Shown: in pieces, positions 47,701-60,479 of the stretch
Position numbering within the stretch: position 1 is the first letter of the stretch
Layout: each line of letters begins with the position of its first letter
Assembly (NCBI GenBank): GCA_002269645.1
Contig: NIVC01003257.1
Coordinates: 1-64,000 of the forward strand
DNA: 64,000 nucleotides
Reading direction: 5' to 3'
DNA from: Macrostomum lignano
Taxonomy: Eukaryota
The notes under the pieces: generated by a model
Database searches by the model: none
The model's input: the letters and a program-made list of their open reading frames with translations, nothing else
What the model was told of the DNA's origin: nothing
Position numbers and translations under genes: made by a program

Positions 47701-50333
47701 AGGGGGAGGAGAATTGAGAGCAGGGGGAGGAGAATTGAGAGCAGGGGGAGGAGAATTGAGAGCAGGGGGGAGGAGAATTGAGAGCAGGGGGAGGAGAATT
47801 GAGAGCAGGGGGGAGGAGAATTGAGAGCAGGGGAGGAGAATTGAGAGCAGGGGGAGGAGAATTGAGAGCAGGGGAGGAGAATTGAGAGCAGGGGGGAGGA
47901 GAATTGAGAGCAGGGGGGAGGAGAATTGAGAGCAGGGGGAAGGAGAGTTGAGAGCAGGGAAAGGAGAATTGAGAGCAGGGGGAAGGAGAGTTGAGAGCAG
48001 GGAAAGGAGAATTGAGAGCAGGGGGAAGGAGAGTTGAGAACAGGGAAAGGAGAATTGAGAGCAGGGGGAAGGAGAGTTGAGAACAGGGAAAGGAGAATTG
48101 AGAGCAGGGGGAAGGAGAGTTGAGAGCAGGGAAAGGAGAATTGAGAGCAGGGGGAAGGAGAGTTGAGAACAGGGAAAGGAGAATTGAGAGCAGGGGGAAG
48201 GAGAGTTGAGAACAGGGAAAGGAGAAACGAGGAGAGTATATAAGAAGCCAAGGGGCCACATCTTTCAGAAGAGTCTAAGTCCCGGAATTCGAACAAAATA
48301 ATCCTAAAATCTTTCGAAACCCGCCCCAAACCCTCCCCAGGACGTGATCCTGACCTCGGGTTGCTCTTCCGCGCTTGACCTGTGCATCAGCGTGCTAGCC
48401 AATCCTGGGGATAACATCCTGATCCCCAGGCCGGGATTTTCCATCTACCGCACCCTGGCCGAGTCCCTGGGCATCGAGGCCCGCTCCTATAACCTGCTGG
48501 CCGACAGGCAGTGGGAGGTCGACCTCGCCCACTTGGAGGAGAGCATCGACGATCGCACAGCCGCCATCGTGGTGAACAATCCGTCCAATCCCTGCGGCTC
48601 TGTGTACACCAGGGAGCACCTCAGGGCCATCGCTCACATTGCCGAGCGGTACAAGGTGAGTTGCTGACCCTGTTCTGCCTTACCTGTGTCCCCTGTTCTG
48701 CCTTACCTGTGTTTCCTTTTCTGCCTTACCTGTGTCCCCTGTTCTGCCTTACCTGTGTCCCCTGTTCTGCCTTACCTGTGTTTCCTTTTCTGCCTTACCT
48801 GTGTCCCCTGTTCTGCCTCACCTGTGTCCCCTGTTCTGCCTCACCTGTGTCCCCTGTTCTGCCTCACCTGTGTTTCCTTTTCTGCCTTACCTGTGTCCCT
48901 TGTTCTGCCTCACCTGTGTCCCCTGTTCTGCCTTACCTGTGTCCCCTGTTCTGCCTTACCTGGGACACAGGTCCTGTTGTGTCTGTCTGTACCTGTGTCC
49001 CCTAGTGTATATCTACCTGTGTTCTTGTTGCGTGTGTCTACCTGTTGTGTCCGTCACACTTACCTGTGTGTGGTTTTCGAGCACCCTCTCCCCTGTACCC
49101 CTGAATCTCAATCTCTCTCGCCTTCATCACTAAAAGCTCATAACACTAATCAAACTCCGCGCACACAATCCAGGTGCCAATCATAGCCGACGAGATCTAC
49201 GCCCATTTCGTGTTCCCCGGGCACGAGTTTCACTGGTTCGCCTCGGTTAATCCCAATGTGCCCGTGCTCAGCTGCGGCGGCCTCACCAAGCGCTGGCTGG
49301 TGCCCGGCTGGCGTCAGGGCTGGATTGTCATCTACGACGCCAAGGGCCACTTTGCCGAGGTGCGCAAAGGCCTGCTGGCGCTCAGCACCAGGATTCTGGG
49401 GCCCAACACCGTCTGCCAGGTGTGAGACTCTGCGATCTCTGTGTGACCTCTGATCTGATCTCACTCTTTTGATTCTTTCCTATCTCTAATCTCACCCCTA
49501 CAGATTTCCCTGTATCTAATCTCACCCCTACAGAGTTCCCTGTGTCTAATCTCACCTCTACCGATTTTCCTAGCTCTAAACTCACCCCTACAGATTTCCC
49601 TGCGTCTAATCTCACCCCTACAGATTTCCCTGTATCTAATCTCACCCCTACAGATTTCCCTGTGTCTAATCTCACCCCTACCGATTTCCCTATCTCTAAA
49701 CTCACCCTTACAGATTTCCCTGCGTCTAATCTCACCCCTACAGATTTCCCTGCGTCTAATCTCAACCCTACAGATTTTCCTGAGTCTAATCTCACCCCTA
49801 CAGATTTCCCTGTATCTAATCTCATCTCATTCCTTCTAGATCTTCCTACCCATCTCTTATCTCACCCTCTCCAGATTTCCTTAATCTCACCTCCGCGGAT
49901 CTAATCTCCGGATCGAATCTCATCCCAATCTGTAATCCCGCAGGCGGCCATCCCGGACATCCTGGAGTTCACCCCGCCGGAGTTCTACGCCTCCACGCTG
50001 AAGTGCATCGAGGAGAACGCCAAGCTAAGCTACGCCAAGCTCAGCGCTGTGCCGGGACTCCGGCCAGTGATGCCCGAGGGCGCCATGTACATGATGGTGG
50101 GCTTCTCGCAGTCTGAATATCCCGACTTCCCAGACGAGATGGCCTTCACCGAGCGCCTAGTAACTGAGCAGTCCGTGTTCTGCCTGCCCTCTCGCTGCTT
50201 CGAGATCGGCATGTTCTTCCGAATCGTCCTGACCGTGCCGTCCGACATGATGACGGAGGCCTGCGACCGGATTGCGCAGTTCTGCGCCGCGCATCACCGA
50301 CCGACAGGCAGTGCGGGCAATGGGAGCGTTTGA
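44773..50333 (+). CDS. TAT: Tyrosine aminotransferase, about 477 aa. Exons 44773-45255, 48341-48655, 49174-49419, 49944-50333
   Basis: [66 protein letters not shown]-lysine motif [27 protein letters not shown] and EQSVFCLP. All junctions are phase 0. Confidence 0.95.
45322..46148. repeat. 24/26-bp minisatellite (CCCTCAGCTCCTTCAGTGGCTGTC), TAT intron
   Basis: Direct reading. Confidence 0.95.
46550..46700. repeat. 21-bp minisatellite (CAGTGCCATATTCACCAATAT), TAT intron
   Basis: Direct reading, about 7 units. Confidence 0.9.
47250..48225. repeat. 21-22-bp purine-rich minisatellite (GAGAATTGAGAGCAGGGGGAG), TAT intron
   Basis: Direct reading. Confidence 0.97.
48668..48962. repeat. 23-bp minisatellite (TGTTCTGCCTTACCTGTGTCCCC), TAT intron
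   Basis: Period measured at 48671/48694. Confidence 0.95.
49480..49825. repeat. 30-bp minisatellite (TCTAATCTCACCCCTACAGATTTCCCTGTA), TAT intron
   Basis: Direct reading. Confidence 0.95.
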
Positions 50334-50504
50334 ATAGCGCGTGTCTTTACTGTAGCAATTAGCTTTGTTTTACCTGCTGCTCGGAGGTTCTTGACTGCAA
50401 ATTTGAGGCTTTAATTGAATCCGAATTCAGACAAAGCCTGAAGTGACCCTGAAGTTTCTATTCAATTATGCCTGAAGTTTTTGTCTGTCCTTACCTGAAG
50501 GTTC

Positions 50505-51032
50505 AGAGGTCTGACTCTACCAATGACACCTGAAGGTTCAGATGACTGTCTGTCTCTACCAATGACACCTGAAGGTTCAGAGGTTTGTCTGTCTCTACCA
50601 ATGACACCTGAAGGTTCAGAGGTTTGTCTGTCTCTACCAATGACACCTGAAGGTTCAGAGGTATGTCTGTCTCTACCAATGACACCTGAAGGTTCAGAGG
50701 TTTTTCTGTCTCTACCAATGGCACCTGAAGGTTCAGAGGTCTGTCTCTACCAATGACACCTGAAGGTTCAGAGGTCTGTCTCTACCAATGACACCTGAAG
50801 GTTCAGAGGTCTGTCTCTACCAATGACACCTGAAGGTTCAGAGGTCTGTCTCTACCAATGACACCTGAAGGTTCAGAGGTCTGTCTCTACCAATGACACC
50901 TGAAGGTTCAGAGGTCTGTCTCTACCAATGACACCTGAAGGTTCAGAGGTCTGTCTCTACCAATGACACCTGAAGGTTCAGAGGTCTGTCTCTACCAATG
51001 ACACCTGAAGGTTCAGAGGTCTGACTCTACCA
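50505..51032. repeat. 39/35-bp minisatellite (CTACCAATGACACCTGAAGGTTCAGAGGTCTGTCT) downstream of the TAT stop
   Basis: Direct reading. Confidence 0.95.
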
Positions 51033-52211
51033 ATTACTAATCTATAATAATTAATTGCCTCTTTGAAGATCCAAATCTTATTTCATCTTGATCTTGTGTC
51101 ATGCTAAAAATCAGGCAAACTCATAATTTTATTAATTATTCAAATTTTCAATGAGAATCACAGCCCGCGTGCTTATTTGCCTGTACATGTTTGCGTTGCG
51201 TTTTTATTTCCACAATCGTGCGCCATTTATTTTGATTACTGGTAACAAGCGATAGATTAAAAATTTGTATCGTTTTTCGTTTTGATTTGTTAAAATTGAT
51301 TCAATAGCGCTGCAAGTTTTGCCTGCTCCCTGTGAACTCCACTGATTTAGTTTTATTAGATGCCGTAAAATTTGATTTCATTTCCGTAGAAAATTTGAGC
51401 AATTCAATAGTCATAAAATTTATCGTATTCGTACATTAAGTATTTATTATTTGTTACTTTTGGCCAAGAGTAGTATGAAATCGTCGATTGTATAGATATC
51501 TAATTGTTATCTGACTTTAATTGATTTGTTCACGCCTAACAAAGTACAGCTGCACCTCTGACCAAATTAATTCAATTACAGTCTGGACAACAATTAGAGG
51601 GCATAGTATTCAATCAAACTGATAACAATATCTAAATTTTCCCTCAACAGTTTTAACTGCGTTATTCCTATTTGGTTCGGTCGGTTTTTTTCACAATTTT
51701 TGTTTTCAGGAATAAAGCTACTTTTACTACTATTATAACGCCAGTAGAGTAGAGCGAAAATCGCCAGATTTTTTTGTAATGTTTTCTTATAAATAGGCTT
51801 TCATCAATTTGACTGGCAATGGACTAGTGAAAATATTCGTGCGTTTTTATCAATTTTATTTTCAAGAACCTGCGCACAGATACTAACTGTTGTCATCAAT
51901 AAAATGTACATACTGGTGAGCGCTCACTCAGTGTAAACTGCGTGCGGCTAGCTTGCCGTATTGGACTAATATTAACTTGATCCATACATTGTATAAGAAA
52001 CAATGAACTGCGGACGCGGTACTGTTCTTGTAATTAATATTTTCCTTAATGCACGCTTCATTGTTGTACATGTAGCTGCATGACAGATGAAGCACTGCGC
52101 TTTGCCTTCTGAGTCAACATTCAGCTCAAAGAACTTGATTTGGACTTTAGCGATGAATTTCTAAACCAAATTACATACTTTTTATAGGACGGTGGTGGCT
52201 CAGCAAATAAA

Positions 52212-55200
52212 GATCTAGGAGGCTGGCCCAGCAACTGAGGATCTGGGAGGCTGGCCCAGCAACTGGGGATCTGGGAGGCTGGCCCAGCAACTGAGGATCT
52301 GGGAGGCTGGCCCAGCAACTGGGGATCTGGGAGGCTGGCCCAGCAACTGAGGATCTGTAAGGCTGGCCCAGCAACTGACACTCTGGGAGGCTGGCCCAGC
52401 AACTGAAGATCTGAGAGGCTGGCCCAGCAACTGAGGATCTGGGCGGCTGGCCCAGCAACTGGGGATCTGGGAGGCTGGCTTAGCAACTGAGGATCTGGGA
52501 GGCTGGCCCAGCAACTGAGGATCTGTGAGGCTGGCTTAGCAACTGAGGATCTGTGAGGCTGGCCCAGCAACTGACACTCTGGGAGGCTGGCCCAGCAACT
52601 GACACTCTGGGAGGCTGGCCCAGCAACTGACACTCTGGGAGGCTGGCCCAGCAACTGACACTCTGGGAGGCTGGCCCAGCAACTGAGGATCTGAGAGGCT
52701 GGCCCAGCAACTGACACTCTGGGAGGCTGGCCCAGCAACTGGGGACCTGGGAAGCTGGCTTAGCAACTGAGGATCTGGGAGGCTGGCCCAGCAACTGACA
52801 CTCTGGGAGGCTGGCCCAGCAACTGAGGATCTGGGCGGCTGGCCCAGCAACTGGGGATCTGGGAGGCTGGCTTAGCAACTGAGGATCTGGGAGGCTGGCC
52901 CAGCAACTGAGGATCTGTGAGGCTGGCTTAGCAACTGAGGATCTGTGAGGCTGGCCCAGCAACTGACACTCTGGGAGGCTGGCCCAGCAACTGACACTCT
53001 GGGAGGCTGGCCCAGCAACTGACACTCTGGAGGCTGGCCCAGCAACTGACACTCTGGGAGGCTGGCCCAGCAACTGACACTCTGGGAGGCTGGCCCAGCA
53101 ACTGAGGATCTGAGAGGCTGGCCCAGCAACTGACACTCTGGGAGGCTGGCCCAGCAACTGGGGACCTGGGAAGCTGGCTTAGCAACTGAGGATCTGGGAG
53201 GCTGGCCCAGCAACTGACACTCTGGGAGGCTGGCCCAGCAACTGAGGATCTGGGCGGCTGGCCCAGCAACTGGGGATCTGGGAGGCTGGCTTAGCAACTG
53301 AGGATCTGGGAGGCTGGCCCAGCAACTGAGGATCTGTGAGGCTGGCTTAGCAACTGAGGATCTGTGAGGCTGGCCCAGCAACTGACACTCTGGGAGGCTG
53401 GCCCAGCAACTGACACTCTGGGAGGCTGGCCCAGCAACTGACACTCTGGGAGGCTGGCCCAGCAACTGGGGATCTGGGAGGCTGGCTTAGCAACTGGGGA
53501 TCTGGGAGGCTGGCTTAGCAACTGACACTCTGGGAGGCTGGCCCAGCAACTGAGGATCTGGGCGGCTGGCCCAGCAACTGGGGATCTGGGAGGCTGGCTT
53601 AGCAACTGAGGATCTGGGAGGCTGGCCCAGCAACTGAGGATCTGTGAGGCTGGCTTAGCAACTGAGGATCTGTGAGGCTGGCTTAGCAACTGAGGATCTG
53701 TGAGGCTGGCCCAGCAACTGACACTCTGGGAGGCTGGCCCAGCAACTGACACTCTGGGAGGCTGGCCCAGCAACTGACACTCTGGGAGGCTGGCCCAGCA
53801 ACTGACACTCTGGGAGGCTGGCCCAGCAACTGAGGATCTGAGAGGCTGGCCCAGCAACTGACACTCTGGGAGGCTGGCCCAGCAACTGGGGACCTGGGAA
53901 GCTGGCTTAGCAACTGAGGATCTGGGAGGCTGGCCCAGCAACTGACACTCTGGGAGGCTGGCCCAGCAACTGAGGATCTGGGCGGCTGGCCCAGCAACTG
54001 GGGATCTGGGAGGCTGGCTTAGCAACTGAGGATCTGGGAGGCTGGCCCAGCAACTGAGGATCTGTGAGGCTGGCTTAGCAACTGAGGATCTGTGAGGCTG
54101 GCCCAGCAACTGACACTCTGGGAGGCTGGCCCAGCAACTGACACTCTGGGAGGCTGGCCCAGCAACTGACACTCTGGGAGGCTGGCCCAGCAACTGACAC
54201 TCTGGGAGGCTGGCCCAGCAACTGAGGATCTGAGAGGCTGGCCCAGCAACTGACACTCTGGGAGGCTGGCCCAGCAACTGGGGACCTGGGAAGCTGGCTT
54301 AGCAACTGAGGATCTGGGAGGCTGGCCCAGCAGCTGAGGATCTGGGAGGCTGGCCCAGCAACTGGGGATCTGGGAGGCTGGTTTAGCAACTGAGGATCTG
54401 GGAGGCTGGCCCAGCAACTGAGGATCTGTGAGGCTGGCCCAGCAACTGAGGATCTGTGAGGCTGGCTTAGCAACTGAGGATCTGTGAGGCTGGCCCAGCA
54501 ACTGACACTCTGGGAGGCTGGCCCAGCAACTGACACTCTGGGAGGCTGGCCCAGCAACTGACACTCTGGGAGGCTGGCCCAGCAACTGACACTCTGGGAG
54601 GCTGGCCCAGCAACTGAGGATCTGAGAGGCTGGCCCAGCAACTGACACTCTGGGAGGCTGGCCCAGCAACTGGGGACCTGGGAAGCTGGCTTAGCAACTG
54701 AGGATCTGGGAGGCTGGCCCAGCAACTGAGGATCTGTGAGGCTGGCCCAGCAACTGAGGATCTGTGAGGCTGGCTTAGCAACTGACACTCTGGGAGGCTG
54801 GCCCAGCAACTGAGGATCTGAGAGGCTGGCCCAGCAACTGACACTCTGGGAGGCTGGCCCAGCAGCTGAGGATCTGGGAGGCTGGCCCAGCAACTAAGGA
54901 TCTGGGAGGCTGGCCCAGCAACTGAGGATCTGGGAGGCTGGCCCAGCAACTGAGGATCAGTGAGGCTGGCCCAGCAACTGAGCATCTGGGAGGCTGGCCT
55001 AGCAACTGACACTCTGGGAGGCTGGCCCAGCAACTGACACTGGGAGGCTGGCCCAGCAACTGAGGATCTGAGAGGCTGGCCCAGCAACTGAGGATCTGGG
55101 AGGCTGGCCCAGCAACTGGGGATCTGGGAGGCTGGCTTAGCAACTGGGGATCTGGGAGGCTGGCTTAGCAACTGAGGATCTGGGAGGCTGGCCCAGCAAC

Positions 55201-56120
55201 TGACACTCTGGGAGGCTGGCCCAGCAACTGAGGATCTGAGAGGCTGGCCCAGCAACTGGGGACCTGGGAGGCTGGCTTAGCAACTGAGGATCTGGGAGGC
55301 TGGCCCAGCAGCTGAGGATCTGGGAGGCTGGCTTAGCAACTGAGGATCTGTGAGGCTGGCCCAGAAACTGACACTGGGAGGCTGGCCCAGCAACTGAGGA
55401 TCTGAGAGGCTGGCCCAGCAACTGAGGATCTGTGAGGCTGGCTTAGCAACTGAGGATCTGTGAGGCTGGCCCAGCAACTGACACTCTGGGAGGCTGGCCC
55501 AGCAACTGACACTCTGGGAGGCTGGCCCAGCAACTGACACTCTGGGAGGCTGGCCCAGCAACTGAGGATCTGAGAGGCTGGCCCAGCAACTGGGGACCTG
55601 GGAGGCTGGCTTAGCAACTGAGGATCTGGGAGGCTGGCCCAGCAGCTGAGGATCTGGGATGCTGGCCCAGCAACTGGGGACCTGGGAGGCTGGCTTAGCA
55701 ACTGAGGATCTGGGAGGCTGGCCCAGCAGCTGAGGATCTGGGATGCTGGCCCAGCAACTGGGGACCTGGGAGGCTGGCTTAGCAACTGAGGATCTGGGAG
55801 GCTGGTCCAGCAGCTGAGGATCTGGGAGGCTGGCTTAGCAACTGAGGATCTGTGAGGCTGGCCCAGCAACTGACACTGGGAGGCTGGCCCAGCAACTGAG
55901 GATCTGAGAGGCTGGCCCAGCAACTGAGGATCTGGGAGGCTGGCTTAGCAACTGAGGATCTGGGAGGCTGGCCCAGCAACTGAGGATCTGGGAGGCTGGC
56001 CCAGCAACTGACACTCTGGGAGGCTGGCCCAGCAACTGACACTCTGGAAGGCTGGCCCAGCAACTGACACTCTGGGAGGCTGGCCCAGCAACTGACGCTC
56101 TGGGAGGCTGGCCCAGCAAC
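52212..56120. repeat. 3.9-kb array of the 28-bp family with higher-order structure
   Basis: Direct reading; about 140 monomers. Confidence 0.97.
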
Positions 56121-56569
56121 GCTCGAGGAAACCTGTCAAACGAGTTCTGAATACTAAATTCCGAAAAGGAGCAAAAAGTAAACAAAATTGCTGCAATTCA
56201 ATCAGTCATACAAGCAAAGTATCTAAGAGGCTGTGAAAGCATTATTATGCACAAATTTATTGGTGGCGTAAAACTTATAGCCAGAAATTGCTTTATACAA
56301 GAGAAGGGAGGACAGGGTTAAAGTGGAAGCCAGCTAATGAATCAGAAATATGGAGAGTCAAGAGAGAAAGTGCTGGATTTAGACAAATGATGAAAGTGAT
56401 TATAGGCTTCATTATGCTACTTGCATGCCAAGATTCACTGAGAGTAGCAAGAAACGCGCATTGCAGTAATTTTGCAGAAGTTCTTTCGTTTGGCATTGGA
56501 AATCCGTACTTCTGTACAGAAGCTGTACAAATGCAAAATTCATTGTACAAGTACAAAATAGACTGAAAC

Positions 56570-56838
56570 TGATTGGGACTCCTGACTCATGGGTTGGGAC
56601 TCCTGGGACTCCTTTTAAACTCCTCATGGATTGGGACTCCTGACTCATGGATTGGGACACCTGACTCATGGATTGGGACTCCTGACTCATGGATTGGGAC
56701 ACCTGACTCATGGATTGGGACTCCTGACTCATGGATTGGGACACCTGACTCATGGATTGGGACTCCTGACTTAATGGATTGGGACTCCTGAATTAAATGG
56801 ATTGGGACTCCTGACTCATGGATTGGGACTCCTGACTC
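56570..56838. repeat. 21-bp minisatellite (GATTGGGACTCCTGACTCATG)
   Basis: Direct reading. Confidence 0.93.
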
Positions 56839-56949
56839 AACAAATTGAAATTAGAATACCAGACTCGCGGACTTGGACTTATCACAAACTGTGATTTCAG
56901 AGAACAGCAGTTAAAAGGTCAAATTAAATCCCTATGATTATTTGAGCTC

Positions 56950-59900
56950 TTAGGGCAGGCAGCCAATAGGCAGACAGTCCCAGTCAACAGACAGATCCCT
57001 ACGCCATGGAGTCTCGCCGTTCTCCTCAGTTGATTTATCGTCCGAATTTTCCAACGGTCGTTTCCGACTACTATTAGAGCTACGTTTTGTCGACAGGTTT
57101 TCATCAAGTAGACCAGGGGATTGCTCGGACACGACCTCATTTAGAACGCTTAGCAAGCCTTGCGCAATGGGTTCTGCCAGTTCGGGCTCGTGCAGTTTCA
57201 CAATCAGCTTGGCCAAGGGCGCCAGCCGAGGGCAGAGGTTGGCAACGCAGTAGCGACGCAGCAGTTTGGGCCAGTCGATAGCTGAGCGGCTGTGCCGGCG
57301 CAGGCAGTAGGCCAGGGGCGGTCGCCGGCTGCCGTCCGGGAATACCACTCGGTCCAAACCGGTGAGCCAGCCTAGCGACCAGGTCTGCTGGGGATTTGGG
57401 AGGCGTTGTTTTAACTGATTACAGATCCCCGTGCCTACCTAATTACAGATCCCCGTGCCTACCTAATTACAGATCCCAGTCACTACCTAATTACAGATCC
57501 CCGTGCCTACATAATTACAGATCCCAGTCCCTACCTAATTACAGATCCCAGTCCCTACCTAATTACAGATCCCAGTCACTACCTAATTACAGATCCCAGT
57601 CCCTACCTAATTACAGATCCTAGTCCCTACCTAATTACAGATCCCAGTCCCTACCTAATTACAGATCCCAGTCCCTACCTAATTACAGATCCCAGTCCCT
57701 ACCTAATTACAGATCCCAGTCACTACCTAATTACAGATCCCAGTCATTACCTAATTACAGATCCCAGTCCCTACCTAATTACAGATCCTAGTCCCTACCT
57801 AATTACAGATCCCAGTCCCTACCTAATTACAGATCCCAGTCCCTACCTAATTACAGATCCCAGTCCGTACCTAATTACAGATCACAGTCCCTACCTAATT
57901 ACAGATCCCAGTCTGTATCTAATTACAGATCCCAGTCCCTACCTAATTATAGATCCCAGTCATTACCTAATTACAGATCCCAGTCCCTACCTAATTACAG
58001 ATCCCAGTCCCTACCTAATTACAGATATCAGTCATTACCTAATTACAGATCCCAGTCCCTACCTAATTACAGATCCCAGTCTGTATCTAATTACAGATCC
58101 CAGTCCCTACCTAATTACAGATCCCAGTCACTACCTAATTACAGATCCCAGTCCCTATCTAATTACAGATCCCAGTCATTACCTAATTACAGATCCCAGT
58201 CCCTATCTAATTACAGATCCCCGTGCCTACCTAATTACAGATCGCAGTCCCTACCTAATTACAGATCCCAGTCCCTACCTAATTACAGATCCCAGTCCCT
58301 ACCTAATTACAGATCCCAGTCCCTACCTAATTACAGATCCCAGTCTGTATTCAATTACAGATCCTAGTCCCTACCTAATTACAGATCCCAGTCTCTAATT
58401 AATCAGATCCCAGTCCCTACCTAATTACAGATCCCAGTCCCTACCTAATTACAGATCCCAGTCTCTACTTAATCAGGTCACAGTCCCTACCTAATTACGT
58501 CCCTCAGTCTGTATTAAACTCTCTTAGACCTAAAACATTTAACAAAAAATAAGCAGCCCAATTACCAGCAGCAGTTCCGACGCAGGCTGAGAAGCCCCGT
58601 TGCCATCGTCAGCAACCGCGGCAGCAGCTAGCAGCGTCTCCTCCATCAGCTTTGGCACCAAGTTGCACTTTTTCAGCACGCCAATCATTGGCAACCAGAA
58701 GGCCGCCAGAGCGTCGATTGTAGCGCTTCCGTCACCGCCGGTCATAGCAAGCAGGAGTCCTCGAATCCAACGACGATTTTCGACTTCACTGGCGGCCAAT
58801 CGACGCGCTTTGACACCGTCCAGATGAGCATTTAGCGCAGTGGAATTCTCCGCCGAGCTGGGACTGAGCTGCAGGCGGAGGAAGCGCCGCACAGACAGAG
58901 GAGGCTGGGCTGATGAAGCTAGAGAAGAGGACCGCTGCAGCATTGATATTGATGAAGAGCAGCGCTTTGCCTGGGGTAGCCAGAAATTGTTGCTAAGCCA
59001 GAGCAGCGCTTCTCGGCAGGCGTCAGCCAGGAGAGGCGCCTGCGGCAACAGGCCGTGACACACGTCGTGTCTGATCTGCGGAGCGGAGGAAAGGTGTGTG
59101 GAATTAGGGATTAATAATCTGGGATTAGGGATTGAGAATCTGGGATTAGGGATTGGGAATCTGGGATTAGGGATTGAGAATCTGGGATTAGGGTTTGAGA
59201 ATCTGGGATTAGGGATTGAGAATCTGGGATTAGGCATCGGGAATATGGGATTAGGGATTGGGAATATGGGATTAGGGTTAGGGATCGGGAAAATGGGATT
59301 AGGGATTGGGAATCTGGGATTAGGGATTGAGAATCTGGGATTAGACATCGGGAATATGGGATTAGGGATTGAGAATCTGGGATTAGGGATAGGAAATCTG
59401 GGATTCGAGATTGAGAATCTGGGATTCGAGATTGAGAATCTGGGATTCGAGATTGAGAATCTGGGATTAGGGTAGGGATAGAAAATCTGGGATTAGGGAT
59501 CGGGAATCTGGGATTAGGGATAGAACATCTGGGACTAGGGATCAGGAATATGGGATTAGGGATCGGGAATCTGGGATAAGGGATCGGAAATCTGGGATTA
59601 GGGATCACGAATCTGGGATTAGGGATAGAAAACCTGGGACTAGGGATCAGGAATATGGGATTAGGGATCGGGAATCTGGGATTAGGGATCGGAAATCTGG
59701 GATTAGAGATCGGGAATATGGGATTAGGGATAGAAAATCTGGGATTAGAGATCGGGAATATGGGATTAGGGATAGAAAATCTGGGACTAGGGATCAGGAA
59801 TATGGTATTAGGGATCGGGAATCTGGGATTAGGGATCGGAAATCTGAGATTAGAGATCGGGAATATGGGATTATGGATTGTGAACCTGGGATTAGGGATC

Positions 59901-60479
59901 GAGAACCCAGGAATCGCTGCTCACCTGAACCAGCCAATCAGGAATCCCCATCGACGCGGCCACTTTAGTCACAGGTACAGTATAAGCCATCTGTTTAGTT
60001 CGAGTCTCCTCTTCGCCAGCCAACAGACTAACAAATCTTTGGCCAGCATTGGCCATAGACTGCCGTTCGCCTAGCAACAGTGCCTCGGCCAGTTCCGCCG
60101 TTGCCAGCACAGCCCTAGGCAGCTGGTGCTGCTCAAGACGGGCCAACCAAACAGCCAGACGAGTGCACAGATCTGCAAGCGCCTGCGGTTGAGTCTCTAA
60201 TGGTGCGAGCTCAGCTAAGCTGGCCACTTCAATGAATTCTGAGGCGTCCCGCCATGGCAACACGCGCCAGTTCTGCTGCTGCTGGTGCTGGAGATGACAG
60301 TGATAATCTTTGCTGACCAGTTCATCAGGTTGCTTATCATCTGTAGCGTCACGGCTACTGTCTGTGGTTAAGAATCTGGCTAAATTGATTGTCGAATTTA
60401 ACGCTGAATTATTATTGAAACCAACTTGATTGAAGGCGACTGGTTCGGTTGGCACAGTCAGCTTTGCTTGCTTGTGCAT
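56950..60479 (-). CDS. LAS1L: LAS1-like pre-rRNA processing nuclease, about 500 aa. Exons 60479-59925, 59075-58566, 57387-56950
   Basis: VLPW, LAVWLAR, QRFVSLL, GIPDWLVQ|IRHDVCHGLLP (HEPN RHxxxH motif), LLWLSNNFW and C-terminal WDCLPIGCLP* are Las1 family features. Phase-0 GT-AG junctions. Confidence 0.85.
57415..58500. repeat. 24-bp minisatellite (CTACCTAATTACAGATCCCAGTCC) filling LAS1L intron 2
   Basis: Period measured at 57541/57565. Confidence 0.97.
59098..59905. repeat. 21-bp TTAGGG-containing minisatellite (GGGATTAGGGATTGAGAATCT) filling LAS1L intron 1
   Basis: Direct reading. Confidence 0.97.

Noticed and set aside
52121-56196. Many CWASLP/LLGQPP repeat ORFs (also 13.7-14.9, 43-44.7, 47-48 and 59 kb)
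   Set aside because: Stop-free minisatellite units read in rotating frames; no non-repetitive coding context.
56288-56566. Small ORF with a hydrophobic start (MMKVIIGFIMLLAC...)
   Set aside because: No recognisable motif or splice support; expected by chance in AT-rich DNA.
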